The notes beneath the pieces were generated by a model. It worked only from the letters and a program-made list of their open reading frames with translations, was not told the origin of the DNA and ran no database searches. Made by a program: the position numbers and the translations under genes. Shown one piece after another: positions 49,925 through 63,696 of a stretch of 64,000 nt of DNA (the first letter of the stretch is position 1; each line of letters starts with the position of its first letter). The DNA comes from Glaucostegus cemiculus (Eukaryota): the NCBI GenBank assembly GCA_976551045.1, contig CDPCPM010000050.1:11160001-11224000 (forward strand), in the 5' to 3' direction.

Positions 49925-52789
49925 ACGGCATGATAGCACGATTTGTGCTGAATTTAAGACTGCTAATTTAATGCAAATTAGTCATAACAAGCAACCTGCT
50001 TTTTAGACTTTGTCTAATAAGGGTTACAGACAGCACAAACTATTTTTTTATTTTAAAAAGTATTACAGAAATTGGAGAAACAAAACTTTAATCTAGAATA
50101 ATTGGAATAAAAATCAAAGTATTGAATTATTTCCCTAAAGATACAGATCCAAACTGAAAGAGCAAAAATTCATAAAGTTCTGTATTAATCCCATTCAATT
50201 CCAATTGAACTGAATGCAGGAAGTGTTTTTCCACTCATCTCTTTCATACATGTTTTAAATATTTTGATGTGTATCTCAGAAGGACTTTTTTCTCCAAGAG
50301 TTTAATCTGCATCTTTTGAATTGTTATCAGTAAGTTCCTGTTTATAATTGGAAACTCTTCAGGCAGCTGATGTTTCTGCAACAAAATTACTATTAATTAT
50401 TCATTAAGGACAAATTTATAAGCCATGATTGTTATTAATATTTTAAAAAGTGACAGAAGTCTTAAAAAATTCAACATTATCATTACTGTTTAGTAAAAAG
50501 GAAAGCTTACATTAATTTACTAGTATTTGTCCACTTTGAACCAGAATATTATCGTCATAATCAATTCATATATAAATTGAACTGACAGGGTCTGAGGAAT
50601 CACAAGAAATAAAAAAGAGAAACAAAAATAACTACAGAGTGAATCTGGAAGTATGTTGCTTGTATTGTTTAATATCCCTTTAAAAGATGGCTGCAGAGAT
50701 TATACTTGCTGTACTAAATGCCAGCAACTGTGGGAACTGCAATAGATCATCTGGAGACTCTGATAATGTTGTTACCCTGTATTACACAGGGATATATAAC
50801 AAAACTGTTGCTATAACTTTGCTATTTAAGATCTAAATCTTTATGTGACTTTCACAAACAATGTTAAGGTGTCATACAAAACTGTCTTAATGCCTTAAAA
50901 ACAGAGAGTAATTCAATTTTTACCGCATACTCATCCAGTCCTTTCTTGAAGTACATTATATATCAAATGCAAATAGAATAAAGCATAATTCAAGACCCTT
51001 AATTTCCCAACATGCTCGGTGGAACCTCACAGAAGTCTGATTTTGCAAGTTACAGACAGTCTAGCGGAAAAGGTAAAAGTTGATGAAGGAATAAAGCAAA
51101 GTATCTCATCTCTTAATTAAACCCACCTCAAGAATAGATTACATGACCTATCAAAGAACAATATTCTTTTTATTCTGATATATCAGTTTGCTTCTGTAAC
51201 ATTTTAAGAGTCAAACCTAAAGTAATTCCATTAATTTCTTACACACATAAAGACTGATAAGGGTATTTTGAAAGATGAATAACAAAATTTAGTTTGCTGA
51301 TGCAAGTATTGCCACACTAATAATTTGTGGATGTTACAAAAACTGAATTTTGACAATAAAAGTACAACTTTGAATAATTGAGAGAATTCCTTTATATTGC
51401 AATTACATGGCAACAATTATACTTTAAACAATAAATAAACATTTAAAGGATTAGTATTTCTAACACTGAGAACAGAAATAAAACAACAGACTTAAATGAT
51501 AATCAAAGACTTTCAGTATAGCAAAATTATACAAAAATTTTAGTGAAGGCTGTCAAACAACTAAGCTTACCAATTTTGTTTCATGTGGACACCTTCAAAT
51601 GAACCATTTGATCTTATTGTGAGAAAAAGAAATTATTTTGAATACCATGTTAAAACTCAAGCTCATTATTAATTATGTAAAATATCACTTCCAAAAAAAT
51701 CCCATTGAATGAAGTATTAATGTGCACATCTGGGATGCCAAAGACCAGGGAAGGTAAATAAGTTTAGCTCTGAATTGAGGCAACAGTGTCAGTTCCTTTT
51801 GAATAGCTACTCAGCTTGGTTGGCATTTGATATAGCATTAGAGCTTTCTGTACTTCTTGTCCAACTATGAATATTCTTGTCTGTACACTCCTTTTGAGGT
51901 TGAATAGCTGCTGTTAATTACTCCCTTTTTTTTGACTCATGAACACAAAGCCCATTCTGTATGCTAAATGCCTTCCCAGATCTTTACACATTTGTCAATT
52001 TTGTGCAGGTTAATATATCAAACAACTGCAAATTACTTGTTGGTATACTCCCATCATAAATTGAGTTGTTTGAGATGTATTAGAACACTGTTATTTTAAG
52101 TGATAAGGCTGTCATATCAAACATTTGACTTGTTGATGTGCTTTTACAATTATGTAAAATATGACAAGTGCTTATCTTCATTTATAATGTGAACTAAGAA
52201 ATGTACCACGGATCCATAACTCACATTCTTTATTGTATGTTATGAAAGTCACATTTAAATTAAGAAAAAGGAGAAAAGATTTTTCACAGGTGTTGTAGAA
52301 CAGAAACCATATGTCCAATATTAAAGCAGCAAAGACCATTTAGTATTCAGAATGATTATCGATGTTGTATAATTTCCAGAAGAGAAATCAGAATTTTTCA
52401 AGCTCCTTCACTTGTCAAAAAATATTCCTTGCTTCAATCTATGTTTTTATTTCTATAATTATAATGATTTCCAATGAGTAAATAAAAGAGTTAAGCTTAA
52501 AGAAGATCACATAACTACTTTTATCAAGTATTTAAGATTTTACACATTCAGATTCATGGATCTATTTAGTATATATTTATTTTCAGGCTCAGTCTCAGGG
52601 AATGTCTATAATATTGCCAGTTCCATGCATTGAGGGTGATTTAAAAGTAAGTTTAAGTTTCACATTTTAAGCCAATTGATTTCTATGGTACCAGGTTGAC
52701 TTTCTCCCTTAAAATGGCCATTGCACACTGTCCTCCTCTCACTTCCCATCTACATACATCTTATCCTTTCTTTTCACAATGCTTATTCC

Positions 52790-53060
52790 ATGTCCAGGGG
52801 GTGGTGAGCTCCCTGCTTGAACCCCTGTGGTAGGTGGAAAGGAAGGTATTCCCAGACTGGGATTGTAACCAACTGCTGAAGAAGAAATGATAATATACAG
52901 TATGTCCAAGTCAGTGTGGTGCATAACTTGGAGGAAAACTTGCAGGTGGTGGTGTTCTGTTACACCTGCCAACCTTGTTCTTGAGCAGACGGTAAAGGTC
53001 ATGGGTTTAGGAGGTGGTGATGAAGAATAGTTGGCAGATCTCTGCAGTGAATTTAGCAGA
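52790..53060 (-). mobile_element. LINE 3' end (same family as 3085-3430)
   Basis: 'gtggtgagctccctgcttgaac...ccaagtcagtgtggtgcataacttggaggaaaacttgcaggtggtggtgttc'. Confidence 0.7.
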
Positions 53061-53274
53061 TGATGCAGACTACAGACACAATGCTGGATTGCAAATGAAT
53101 CCAAGTTCCAAGCAGGGGAATATCTAAGGTGCATGACAGATTGAATGTCCTTGCAAGTATTGGAGGAATATGAATTAAGCAAGCTTGTGCTGTATTTTTT
53201 TAAACACCTTGTGTGTTTGTAATGTTAACCATTTTGTTATATTGAGAAATGACAGGGTATGCATGAACTGTTTT

Positions 53275-54030
53275 GAAACCAAGAATTTGTTCACCAGATT
53301 AATTCCAGGAAACATGGGATTGCCATATGAGGAGATATTAAACAGACTGTGCCTCTATTCTCAAGTTTAGGAGAGTTAGGGGTTTCACTAGTTAGAAAGT
53401 TATCAACAAGGAAGGCTGGTCATTTAAAACTGAGGTGCTCTCTCAGAGAGTATTGGATTTCTCCAATTCTCTTTCCCCAAGGGTGGTGGACGTTATACAA
53501 TTAAATATATTTAAGGTGAAGATAGATATTTGAACAATCAAGGAATTGAGGGTTTCAAAGAACTGGCACAGAAGAGTCAAGGCCAGTATAAATCATCCAT
53601 GATCAACTGAATAGTGGAGCAGGCTTGAGGAGCAGCTCCTGCTCCTACTTCCTTGTATTCTTGAGTGATTTCATGGAAATGTACTAAATCCTTACAGTGT
53701 TTGTCAGATATTCCCTCTGGCTGGGACACTTGGAAGCAGAGGTTACAATCTCAAAATACTCAAGACAGTTGAGAAGAAATGTCTTCACCCAAAGAATGCT
53801 GTATGTTTGGAATTATCTACCCAAATACGCTGTGAGGGATGAGTAACTGAGTACATTCAAGTCAGAGATAAATAAATTTTCAGATATTATGGGAATCAAG
53901 GGATATGGGAATTAGTTCAGGAAAATGGTGCTGAGGTAGAAGATCTGCCAGGATCTCATCAAATGATGGAGTAGGCTCAAGGGACCAAATGGCTTACTTA
54001 TGCTTCTGTTTCCTCCCTTCTTTTGTTCTC
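53275..54030 (+). mobile_element. Two tandem CR1 3' portions
   Basis: FTRLIPGNMGLPYEEILNRLCLYS with a tail at ~53660; a second copy 'gaagaaatgtcttcacccaaagaatg' with a tail at ~54020. Confidence 0.85.
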
Positions 54031-56822
54031 TTCAGTGAGTTGACTGGTTGCCTTGCTCATTGTTGATTGGTTTATTTTTAGTGCATGGATCTTTCAAAAA
54101 TATATAGTTATTTTGTTATAGTGTTTTTATAGATTTTGAAAATGATGGTTTTATAGATGCTTCCTGAAAAACACTTTCTGCTCCCTACAGATACATCAGG
54201 GCCATTACCATGCTCGATTTGCCCCCTCATCACAATTCATGTACTTCTGCAGTTCCCAGAATTTAGTATTTCTCCAACAACCTATCAAACAATTTTGAAA
54301 CACTAATGTAGACTTGATTTCAATCACCATCCCTGATAACACATTGCACACATCTCTGTATAAAACTGATGCTCCTGCTCTCTATTATAATTATTTTAGA
54401 ATTAACAACATTGATGTTGCATTGTTCAATATCATTCATTCACTGGACACAACCTGTCCACCATTATTCTGATATCTAATAATAATTTTAAACACAATTA
54501 TCAAATTGCTTATTGTCTGTATTTTATGTGGTCAATGTGTCTCTATTCTTCTTGGCCCAGATTTTCAAGTCTAATTTCTTATTTGTACTTTCTTAAATGG
54601 GCAACATCTCAGAAAATCTGTGCTCTATTTTCAACATCTTTTTTCACAATGCTGAATCCAAATTTCTTTTCCACCAAGTGGCATTACTATCATTTTATTC
54701 AAAGGATGCTATTATAAATTGACTAGAAGTTCTATAGATTTTGCTACAAAACCCAGTATTTTGTTAGTTTTCTCATGACGTGTAAATGTGAAGCCCAACT
54801 CTCCTTGCTCTTCCATATCACCCACTCTTCATATTTATTACTATTAAACACCTTTTAACCAACACTGCTCTGGAGAAAATTTTCCTTATCCCATTTTAAA
54901 TGGCCAAACTTAATCGTGATTAGGTGACATCCCCCCACCAGTTCCAGGGTCTCTCCTTTGCGAAGCCCTCCAAGAATCTGCATCCATGAGATCATCTCCC
55001 AAATTATACATACATCATTCAGTCTTTCTTGAGAGAAAGTCATTCTTAATCCATGAAGAAACTGAGTGAAACCTCCCACAGGGTAAAGTAAACCACCTGA
55101 TCTCTGTCCTCCAGATTGAGTAGAATCTATAACAAGCTGCCCTTAACTAAGTACTTGCTTTCTCATGGTGCCTTGTACAAGAATCCAATAATGGAGTGTT
55201 GCACTGCACTTACTTATTGTTTATAAAGTCCACAGAGAATTTCCTGAATAAATATTCTATAGTCTTGATAAACACCTGCCACATTGTCCTAGAAAGTCTT
55301 TTGATATGCTTTAGAACTCCTCTCCACACCTTTAAGTGGCAAGTAAATATGAACTGGTGAGTACATCTTTAAGTACCACTTGAAACCAAAATCACCACAG
55401 TGTTTCCTCCCAGACAGCTGGAAATGAATTGGGACCAGCACTTGACATTAGGATTCTGTCCTAGCTCATTAATGAATGGTAATAGTCACCTTCAGGAATA
55501 GCCCCAGGGTAGCCATTTTTTTACAAAATTACATCTTGCAGGAAACATGGCTACAGTAACTGTTTCACCTCCAGATCCCATCTAGGCCACCTTGGAGGAT
55601 CATTGGCACCCAGACACATTGCCAAAAAACCTTCCCTAAAACACAGATCTTTGATGGGTAGCTGGCTTGTGGAGTCAAAGATTGTTTCAAGTTTAATGGC
55701 AAAAGTGACTCAGACATATAGGTAAGCTCAATGGCATGTTTTGTCTAAAAATCAACTAAATTTTATGCCTTTCTTTTTTAGAAGCACTGCTACTTTTATA
55801 CAGAGCCATGGTGCTGAAGCATCTTTGAAATTCAAAGCTGGTGGACATACTACATTAAATCAATTTCTTTTAAAAAAATTTTAGTAGCTTATCCTGAAAG
55901 AGTTCATGGTTGACAATTGACTTTATCATGCTTGTCTTTTTTGTAAGTAAATTTTGATTGGCTGAAGTAACAATTTCCAAATTGTTTTGTTTTGCTTTAG
56001 TGAAGAATATGAACCAATCAAAGCTCTTCTTCCTGTACTTGGATGCTAAAGGTCTGCAAGTGCATATCTGATGCTTGCCTGTGCATGTATTATTCTGAAT
56101 AAGTAAAGGTGTGATGCTGTGTCAATATACATGGTTAAAAATATATTTTAAATTATTTTCATTTAGTGTATTACTATTATTTATCTATTCTACAAATCAT
56201 TCTTCTAAGCTACATTTTTTTTTTAATTTTCCTATTTCTTTCTAATGTCATGCATTCAAACATTATGTCAAAGATGGAGCCATGAAAGCTGGAATTGTTT
56301 CTCCGTTAATATCTGCAGGTCTGGATCTTAATACATGAGGTGCAGTGACAGAAAGGTAACAACCCTCTTGGCAGTTAGCTAAATCAGTGGGGGAAGAAAA
56401 GCCCACCTCTGATTCTTAAGGCAGCAGTTCAACAAGCTGCTGGTATTATAAATTAAGGTGTCTCCAACATTGCATGATATTAAATAATATACATTAATTA
56501 ACATATGATCAGTTATTTGCTAAATTATGCCTGTTTGAGAAATAAATTGACAGGGAAAGAACTATGTGTTCTTTCCTTAAATATCTGAGCATGTTTGGAT
56601 CATGTGGAAATCACAAGTCTGTAAAATGTATCTGAGATGAAGTAACTAACTCCATTTAATAATACTGGTCAAATAAAAAGGACTTCACATAAGCCGACTA
56701 CTTTTCTGTTTCCTGAAATGAACAGTACTGAAAACCAAATTGAAAATTAACTAGAACAAAATCTGTAGGTAAATCAAACCTACCCACCCACCCCATCACC
56801 CATGTTTATCTTTACAGATGTT

Positions 56823-57357
56823 GAAACATAGAAACATAGAAAAACTACAGCACAATTCAGGCCCTTTGGCCCACAGAGCTGTGCTGAACATGCCCCTACC
56901 CTAGAAATTACTAGGCTTACCCATAGCCCTCTATTTTACTCAGCTCCATGTACCTATCTAACAGTTTCTTGAAAGACCCTATTGTATCCGCCTCCACCAC
57001 CATTTCCAGCAGCCCATTCCACGCACTCACCAGTCTCTGAGCAAAATCTTACCCCCGACATCTCCTCTATATCTACTCCCCATCACCTTAAACCTATGTC
57101 CTCTTATGGCCATCATTTCAGCCCTGGGGAAAAGCCTCTGACTATCTACCTGATCAATACCTCTCATCATCTTATATACCTCTATCAGGTCCCCCCACAC
57201 CCTTTGTCTCTCCAAGGAGAAAGGGCCGAGTTCCCTCAACCTGCTTTCATAAGGCATGCTCCACATTCCAGGCAGCATCCTTGTAAATCTCCTCTGCACC
57301 CTCTCTATGGCTTCCACATCTTTCCTGTAGTGAGGCGACCAGAACTGAGCACACTGA
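56823..57357 (-). mobile_element. Young CR1 LINE 3' portion
   Basis: AIERVQRRFTRMLPG...GDLIEVYKMMRGID...RGHRFKV; octamer tail (GAAACATA)2. Confidence 0.95.
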
Positions 57358-59351
57358 GTTGAATAGGAAAGATTTCAACAACATCTTTACATGGACAGTG
57401 ACCTATTAAGTAAAGCAGAGACTTTTTTGTGCCTTTTAGAAACATCCAGGATGGTAAAGTTCCTGGAGATGCTTAGGTGTTCCATTCTCAATCTAGTGTT
57501 TTATTGATAAAAAAAATAATCTGTTGAATCTTACTCACCAGCTGTGCCATTAGTTAATAGAACTGTAAACTTCTTGCATAGTAACAGTATAACTAAAATG
57601 GTCGTGAAGTCCAATCGAAATAAAGCAACAGAAATGTAATTTGGAATAAATAATTGCTATCCACTTTTCATGTATAAAAGCTTTTAACCTATGTGTTAAA
57701 GACATTTTCCCAATCCAGACACATATACCAAACAAATTCAGATGGTGTCATGTTGTACAGTAAAGAAAGAGTTAATGAGTATGAAGGACCTTAAAATCTA
57801 AGAACAACACAGCCCAAGAAATTGTCCAGTTTACCAGAAGCAATTAATGGAAAACAGATTAATGAACAACTGAATGAAAAACATATTGGAGAAAAATGCT
57901 ATTGTTAATAGAGTGCAGCCTTTTGCAACAAATAATGTCCCAAAATGAAAGCTCCAGAGACCAATAAAAAATCTTCAAGTCAAAATCCAATTTTTAGTAA
58001 CATTGGACTTCAATATTCTGCTGCTACATTGTCTGGACATTCAATAGTGAGAATGTTACCTGATTAGATAAATAAAAAGAGTCAGTAATATGTACTGGAA
58101 AACACAGTGTTCCATTTCTGAAAAGTAAAATTATTTTGAACCATACAGAAATGAAACTTTCTACATTGGCAAAATCCAAATTTATGTTCTCAGGAGAAAC
58201 TATTATTTTCTACTTCATGTTGCCTTAGCACAGCCATAGGATTATCTCTGGTGATGCATGCACCTCTGGAGAATTGCTGACTTCAAGATGCAGTTCTCTT
58301 CAAATCAGGCAAACTAAACTGGTTTAAGTTTATGCTTTCAGAACAATAACTTAGTTTTTTTATGAAAAGAACTTCACTTGCAGTACACATGGTAATTATG
58401 CAAATTCTGTTACTTTGAACTGTGAACATATTTATTTTTATTAAGTTCCAGAATTACAAACTTACTATCTTGTAAAAGAGTTTTTCCAAATATTGTGTCA
58501 ATTATTATGGTTTGAGAAATAGTATTTACATATAAGTTGTTAAAAAAAGGTGCACACATTATTTACAAAGCATGTATCATACATTTAGATGTGCCCTAAA
58601 CTGAAAATGAGGTAAAAGAGGTAACTTATGCTGAATTTCCATGTTATTCAGATTGTTGTTGGGGTAGGACTGTGAAAAAACCAACCAGGTCAAAGCTGTG
58701 CCTTTATGTATATTGAATGTTAAAGAGGAATTGCATTGGATCATCACAAAAGGCATCACTTTCACATGAAAATTATTCCCTCTTTTGTTCAGTTATTCTC
58801 ATTCTAAAATGTCCTACCTGTAAGTGTCTTGCAAACCACAAAGCATATGCCATGGCATTTCCTTAGAGACAACTATGTATTTTGAAATAGCTGGAACAGA
58901 GTGAAGTATGAAAGACATTCCTTCTACATCCCTTCTGTATTACACATACAGTCTGGTTGTGTTGAACACCACCGTCATGTTCCTTCCCACAGTCAAAAAT
59001 TGAAATACACTGCTCCAACCTGTTAAGGTTTCTACAATCTATGTGTGGAAATTCTGCATGTAATATTCTTCCCTGGAAATCTATGAGAAACAATCACTTG
59101 CAAGCAGTTTATATTTCTTGTCCATTGTTAATTTTCCCTTTTTGATTATTTTTCATTTTGCTACCCATAAGCCTAATGAAAAATGCAGTTACTTACCTGA
59201 CTTTATTGTTGGCCCATTCCCAATTGTGTCTGTTGTCAACGGCATCTCTCCTCAGTCAACATCTGGGCTTTACACATCCTCTGTCTATGAAATCTACCAC
59301 AAGATAAGTGTGGATCTCATTACTTCTATGACAGAGAGGATCCCCTTTTCG

Positions 59352-59530
59352 GTCTCAGTGAGACAGAATGTAAATACCACTCTCCATTCCTCGAGTCTCA
59401 CTAAGGCAGTGAACTCACAATTCTTGTGGTCTCACTAAGACAGAGGACTCCTGCTATTCTTAGAGTCGGTGCCTGGCTATCCATTAGCAGAAGCCACTCA
59501 CTAATGTAAGAGTCAAAAGATTCCTCTGAT
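59352..59530. repeat. Degenerate tandem array with palindromic GTCTCAcTaAGAC core
   Basis: Cores start at 59352, 59395 and 59429; weaker copies at ~59465 and ~59495. Confidence 0.55.
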
Positions 59531-59879
59531 TCTGCACTGCTAAGGGACACAGAGAACTCAGAGGCACAGCAGAAGCCTTACCAGATCAATGAATCAGAAA
59601 CTAAGCAAACAAGCACCTCAACCTTTTTACCTGTCTTCCAATAAATGACTGTCAATGGGCCATTGGATGAAAGGTTCCTACCTAAAAACATTGCCTCAGC
59701 ATCCACAAGTTATAGCACACCAGGTTTTATCTAGTTATTGTTCTCTCAATGCCTTTGCAGCCCTAAAAAAATAAGACTGCACATCAATTTCCAGTACTCA
59801 ATGATATTTCTTCTAATCGTAGATTGGGAACAGAAGCCAATGTCTTTGGTCCCTCCCACATATTTATTTTTCCTAGGTT

Positions 59880-60500
59880 TTGACTCAATCCTTTTCCTGA
59901 CAACTGTCTGAGACTGAACTGAATGGCATATAACCTTGATGTCATATTTGATTATGAGTTTCAGACCAAGTCTGCTTACTTCTCCTCAGCAAGACACCCT
60001 ATTTCAGACCATCTCTATTCACCTGTTCCTGAAACCATAAACAATGTTTTTGTTTCCTCTAAACTTGACTGTTTGGTCTCCTTCAATCAATCCATAAGGG
60101 TCATCAAAAGACTGATTCCCATGTCTTAACTTATACCATCCTTTTAGCTACATCTTCTTGCTCCTCACCAGGTTTTCAAATCCCTCCACAGCCTTACCCT
60201 TCCTTTCTTCTTTACCACCTCCAGGTCTAAAACCCTCCAAATCCCAGTTTTTCCCATATTCAGGCCTGTTGCACACAAACAATTACACCTGCTGCACCAC
60301 TGGCATCCAGTTACTTAACCCTTAAACTCTAGAATTCCCTCCCTAAGGTTCTCTGCTGCTCTAGCTATCTGTCCTCCCTTATGACACCTCTTCAACTAAG
60401 TTTTTGGTTAACTTGTGGCCTTTTCCCAAATTGTATTCAGCAACACAGCAAGGAAGCACCTTCTGATATTGTACAGTGTTAAAGGCGCTGTATAATTGCG
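59880..60500 (+). mobile_element. Old L2-like LINE 3' region
   Basis: 'aaccttgatgtcatatttga', 'tttgtttcctctaaacttgact', tail 'gttaaaggcgctgtataattgc'. Confidence 0.7.
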
Positions 60501-60610
60501 ATTTGATTTTGATGATCCATCTTTTGTGTCCTTTCCTTTCTTTGGCCACAGTTGCTCCTCATAAAATATCTGAAAAGATGTTTGATGAAATTTTTCTCAA
60601 CGGAGCAAAA

Positions 60611-60722
60611 TAAGATAGAGGGCTATGGGTAAGCCTAGTAGTTTCTAGTGTAGGGACATGTTCGGCACAGCTTTGTGGGCCGAAGGGCCTGAATTGTGCT
60701 GTAGGTGTTCTATGTTCTATGT
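60611..60722 (+). mobile_element. Young CR1 3' end
   Basis: About 90% identical to the reverse complement of 56825-56938; tail 'ttctatgttctatgt'. Confidence 0.92.
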
Positions 60723-62754
60723 AATAAATTCACTTTGAAATTATTGGTACACTATCCCTTGCTCATTGAGTTTAAACTATGATGAGGAAACTCCACTAAC
60801 TGCAAAGTTGCATGATCCACCAATATTATTTTAGCCAATTAAATATTTATGGGGTCTGGTAGACCTGTATATTTTCCATTGGGGAATTTGCCTAGAAGAT
60901 CCATTCTACTGAAGTAAAAATACTCCATTAAAAAAAACTTAGGTTATCCTATCTTTCTTTATTTTAGGGGGTTGATACAAGCCAGCTAACAAGAACAGAG
61001 TGGGTGGTTTCATAACATACTTTTCTGGGGAAACTGTGGAGATTATTAAAAACCTGTAGAAGAAGAGACAATATACTGCTAAATCTCCAATAATGTCAAC
61101 ATTTGAGTAAGCTGTTAAATGCATATCTTCCTGCGGTTCTGTCCAATAGACTCAAAGCAGACTTTGTAGTTACACTAGCAACAGCTGGTGCCAATGAAGC
61201 ACAATTTAATTCTGCAGATGTACCTGCCGGGTGTGTTGAACCATAGCACATTGTTGTTTTCTGCCAATTTCTTTGCAACTTGTTGATTCACAAATGCCTG
61301 GAACCCATTTTGGCAATCTTCCACCTTCGCTATCTGCCGTCACTAGGAGAACAATAGTCCTGTGATGAACTCTGGCAGAGTGTTGTTGTGGGATAATGTT
61401 AAATCTGGACATTGGCCATGCACAGGACTATAAATAAAGTGTAGCTATTTAAAGACTGTAGTTTAATCCAGGTGTTCATATTCCTTGAGTGTGTTTTGTT
61501 GATGGTTTTGCCAATGGATTCCCTTGTCTTGCAGATGTTGAATTTGTCCCTAAATCCTAACCAGAATTGGCTCTTATCAGAAGAAAGGCAGAATAATAGC
61601 AGCCAATTAAAAACATACATGACTTACTTGAACTAAAACAAAATATATTTTGTATAATTACTCTACCCAGAAAAGATCTGTGGATACTGTCCTACCCAAA
61701 GCATGTAGGTCAGGGGCATGTACAGCCCCCGATGTTGCTGCTCTATGTAGACTGTCCTCTGGTGCGAGCCCTGATTTTATAAGCCTCCTCTGAGCTCCAG
61801 GCAATTGGAATTGTTTATGATATTGGGCACATCTGATTTTATGTCCATCACAGTGGGAAGGTGGAGAGGCTGGGTTGGGAGGGATGAGAGCAATGGTAGG
61901 TGGAGAGAGAGGTAGGATTAGTGTGCCCCTTCCTGACAAATGAAACATGCAGAAATACTTCCATACTAATTTTCACATCTCTGCTTTAGGTCTGCCTTTA
62001 AAAGCCAGGTGTATAACTGCTGATCAGGCAAGGTTTGTTTTAACTCTCCCTGTCAAAGGAACGGAAGTAATTTTATGCTGCATTTCAACTTGCAGTTTTG
62101 TGAGGGGATCATAATTCATAGTTCTTGTGTATTATACTTCTTGGATTTTGTTTTCATTTCCTGGGGCTGCCTTTTTATAGAATCCTTCATGTTACTCTTC
62201 CATTTATCAAAATATTCCTGCAATGAAGGATATGTCCAGCAAGGATGAGTTTATGTGGCTTACTGTGTCCCTGTCCACAGTACTGCATGCTGTGGATAAG
62301 GAGGATTACTACATGAATGGACATCATCTACAATTATAAAGGCATCTCAGAAGTTACATGCAGTTCTAGGCCTAACTAATGATCAATATGTACAGCCCAA
62401 GCCTCTTCTATCAGATAGGTCTTACCTTCTGCATCTCGATATCATATCAGGTGTGCAGACTGAAGAATGGCATCTGCTCCATCCGCCTTTCCAGCAACCT
62501 CAAAGACTTGGAGGACTCTGCCTTTGGTGGCCAGAATGTCCAAAAATGGTTCAACAGGATTTTTACAGACCACTCCCAATGTTGGATGAGATAGTCCTGC
62601 ATGCAAGAACAAGCAGAATGACTACTTCTGCCACCTTAATTTACCATAACCTGAATTGCTTTTGAATATTTGAGACGTGTCATGAAGCAAATGGCACAGA
62701 ACCAAAGAAGGATACCTGGACTTAAATGATCGAAAGGCTGACAAAGCAACAAGG

Positions 62755-62830
62755 TTAGAGTCATAGAGAACAGTAATGGGCCCTTCGGCCAACCATATCC
62801 ACACCAACTATAGACCAACTAATTGCACTA
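62755..62830 (-). mobile_element. CR1-type 3' tail
   Basis: 'tagagtcatagagaacagtaatgggcccttcggccaacc'. Confidence 0.6.
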
Positions 62831-63606
62831 AAACTACGTTAATGCCACTTTTTCTTTATTTTGGGGGGTGGGGGGGAGGTCTTAAAGAAAATTAGTGGAT
62901 TAGAGGGGGAAGTTCCAGAGGTTTAGCTCAGGACAACTGAAGGTGCAATCTGAACATCTCAGTGGTTGCAGATAGATCAAGCAAGTAAATTGTACCTCAG
63001 TCATAGTCACCTCGGGTGCACAAGTGCAAGTGTTACCTGTCTGCTACAGCCACATCTCCCTACCTTTGGTGATGGAGTAAGATGTGCTTGATCTACTTCT
63101 AACCATGTATGCTTGCATTAGGAAGCATATTACAGAAACTGGTTGGCATTATAAGCCTCTTGGGTGGTCATAATAATGAATCTGTCCTGCAGTCTTCCAA
63201 GTGTTTCCAATATTTAACTTCAGTCATTCAGAGCTTATCCCAAGGCTGGGTGTCAAACAAGCAGAATGACAGCACAGACGCACTGCACGTGCCAAGAACA
63301 GTTGGGCAGAGGTAGCATGTTTTTTGTTAACGTTTGTGTGAAGCTAACCCCTTGCCTATGTATGACATTATCAGATGCAACATGTCGAATACATGAGAAT
63401 GCTATGGCTCCTCTGGTTTGCTCACTCTCAAGCATTTCCTAAATCCTTCTGCAGCCTGCCACTCATGCTAGACACTTTAACCCATGGTCCAATTAGATTC
63501 ACAGAAATCAATGGGTGAAACCAGCTATTACTGCTCTTTCCACATATTCTCCTCCGCTCCCTAACAAGGTAATGATTAAACAGGTGTAATTGGGTGCAAA
63601 AAAAAT

Positions 63607-63696
63607 GTTGACTGTCCATCTCCCTCCACGGATGCTGCCTGACCCACTGAGTTCCTCCAGCAGCTTGTTTTCTGTTCCTGTCTCTTGTGTCTCCAG
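63607..63696 (+). mobile_element. Penelope-like terminal fragment
   Basis: 'gttgactgtccatctccctccacggatgctgcctgacccactgagttcctccagca'. Confidence 0.75.

Noticed and set aside
59352-59530. CRISPR-like repeat-spacer appearance
   Set aside because: Vertebrate DNA, short degenerate cores, spacers similar to each other, and no cas genes.
60939-61412. Cluster of overlapping short minus-strand ORFs
   Set aside because: No recognisable motif or convincing splice sites in any frame I read.
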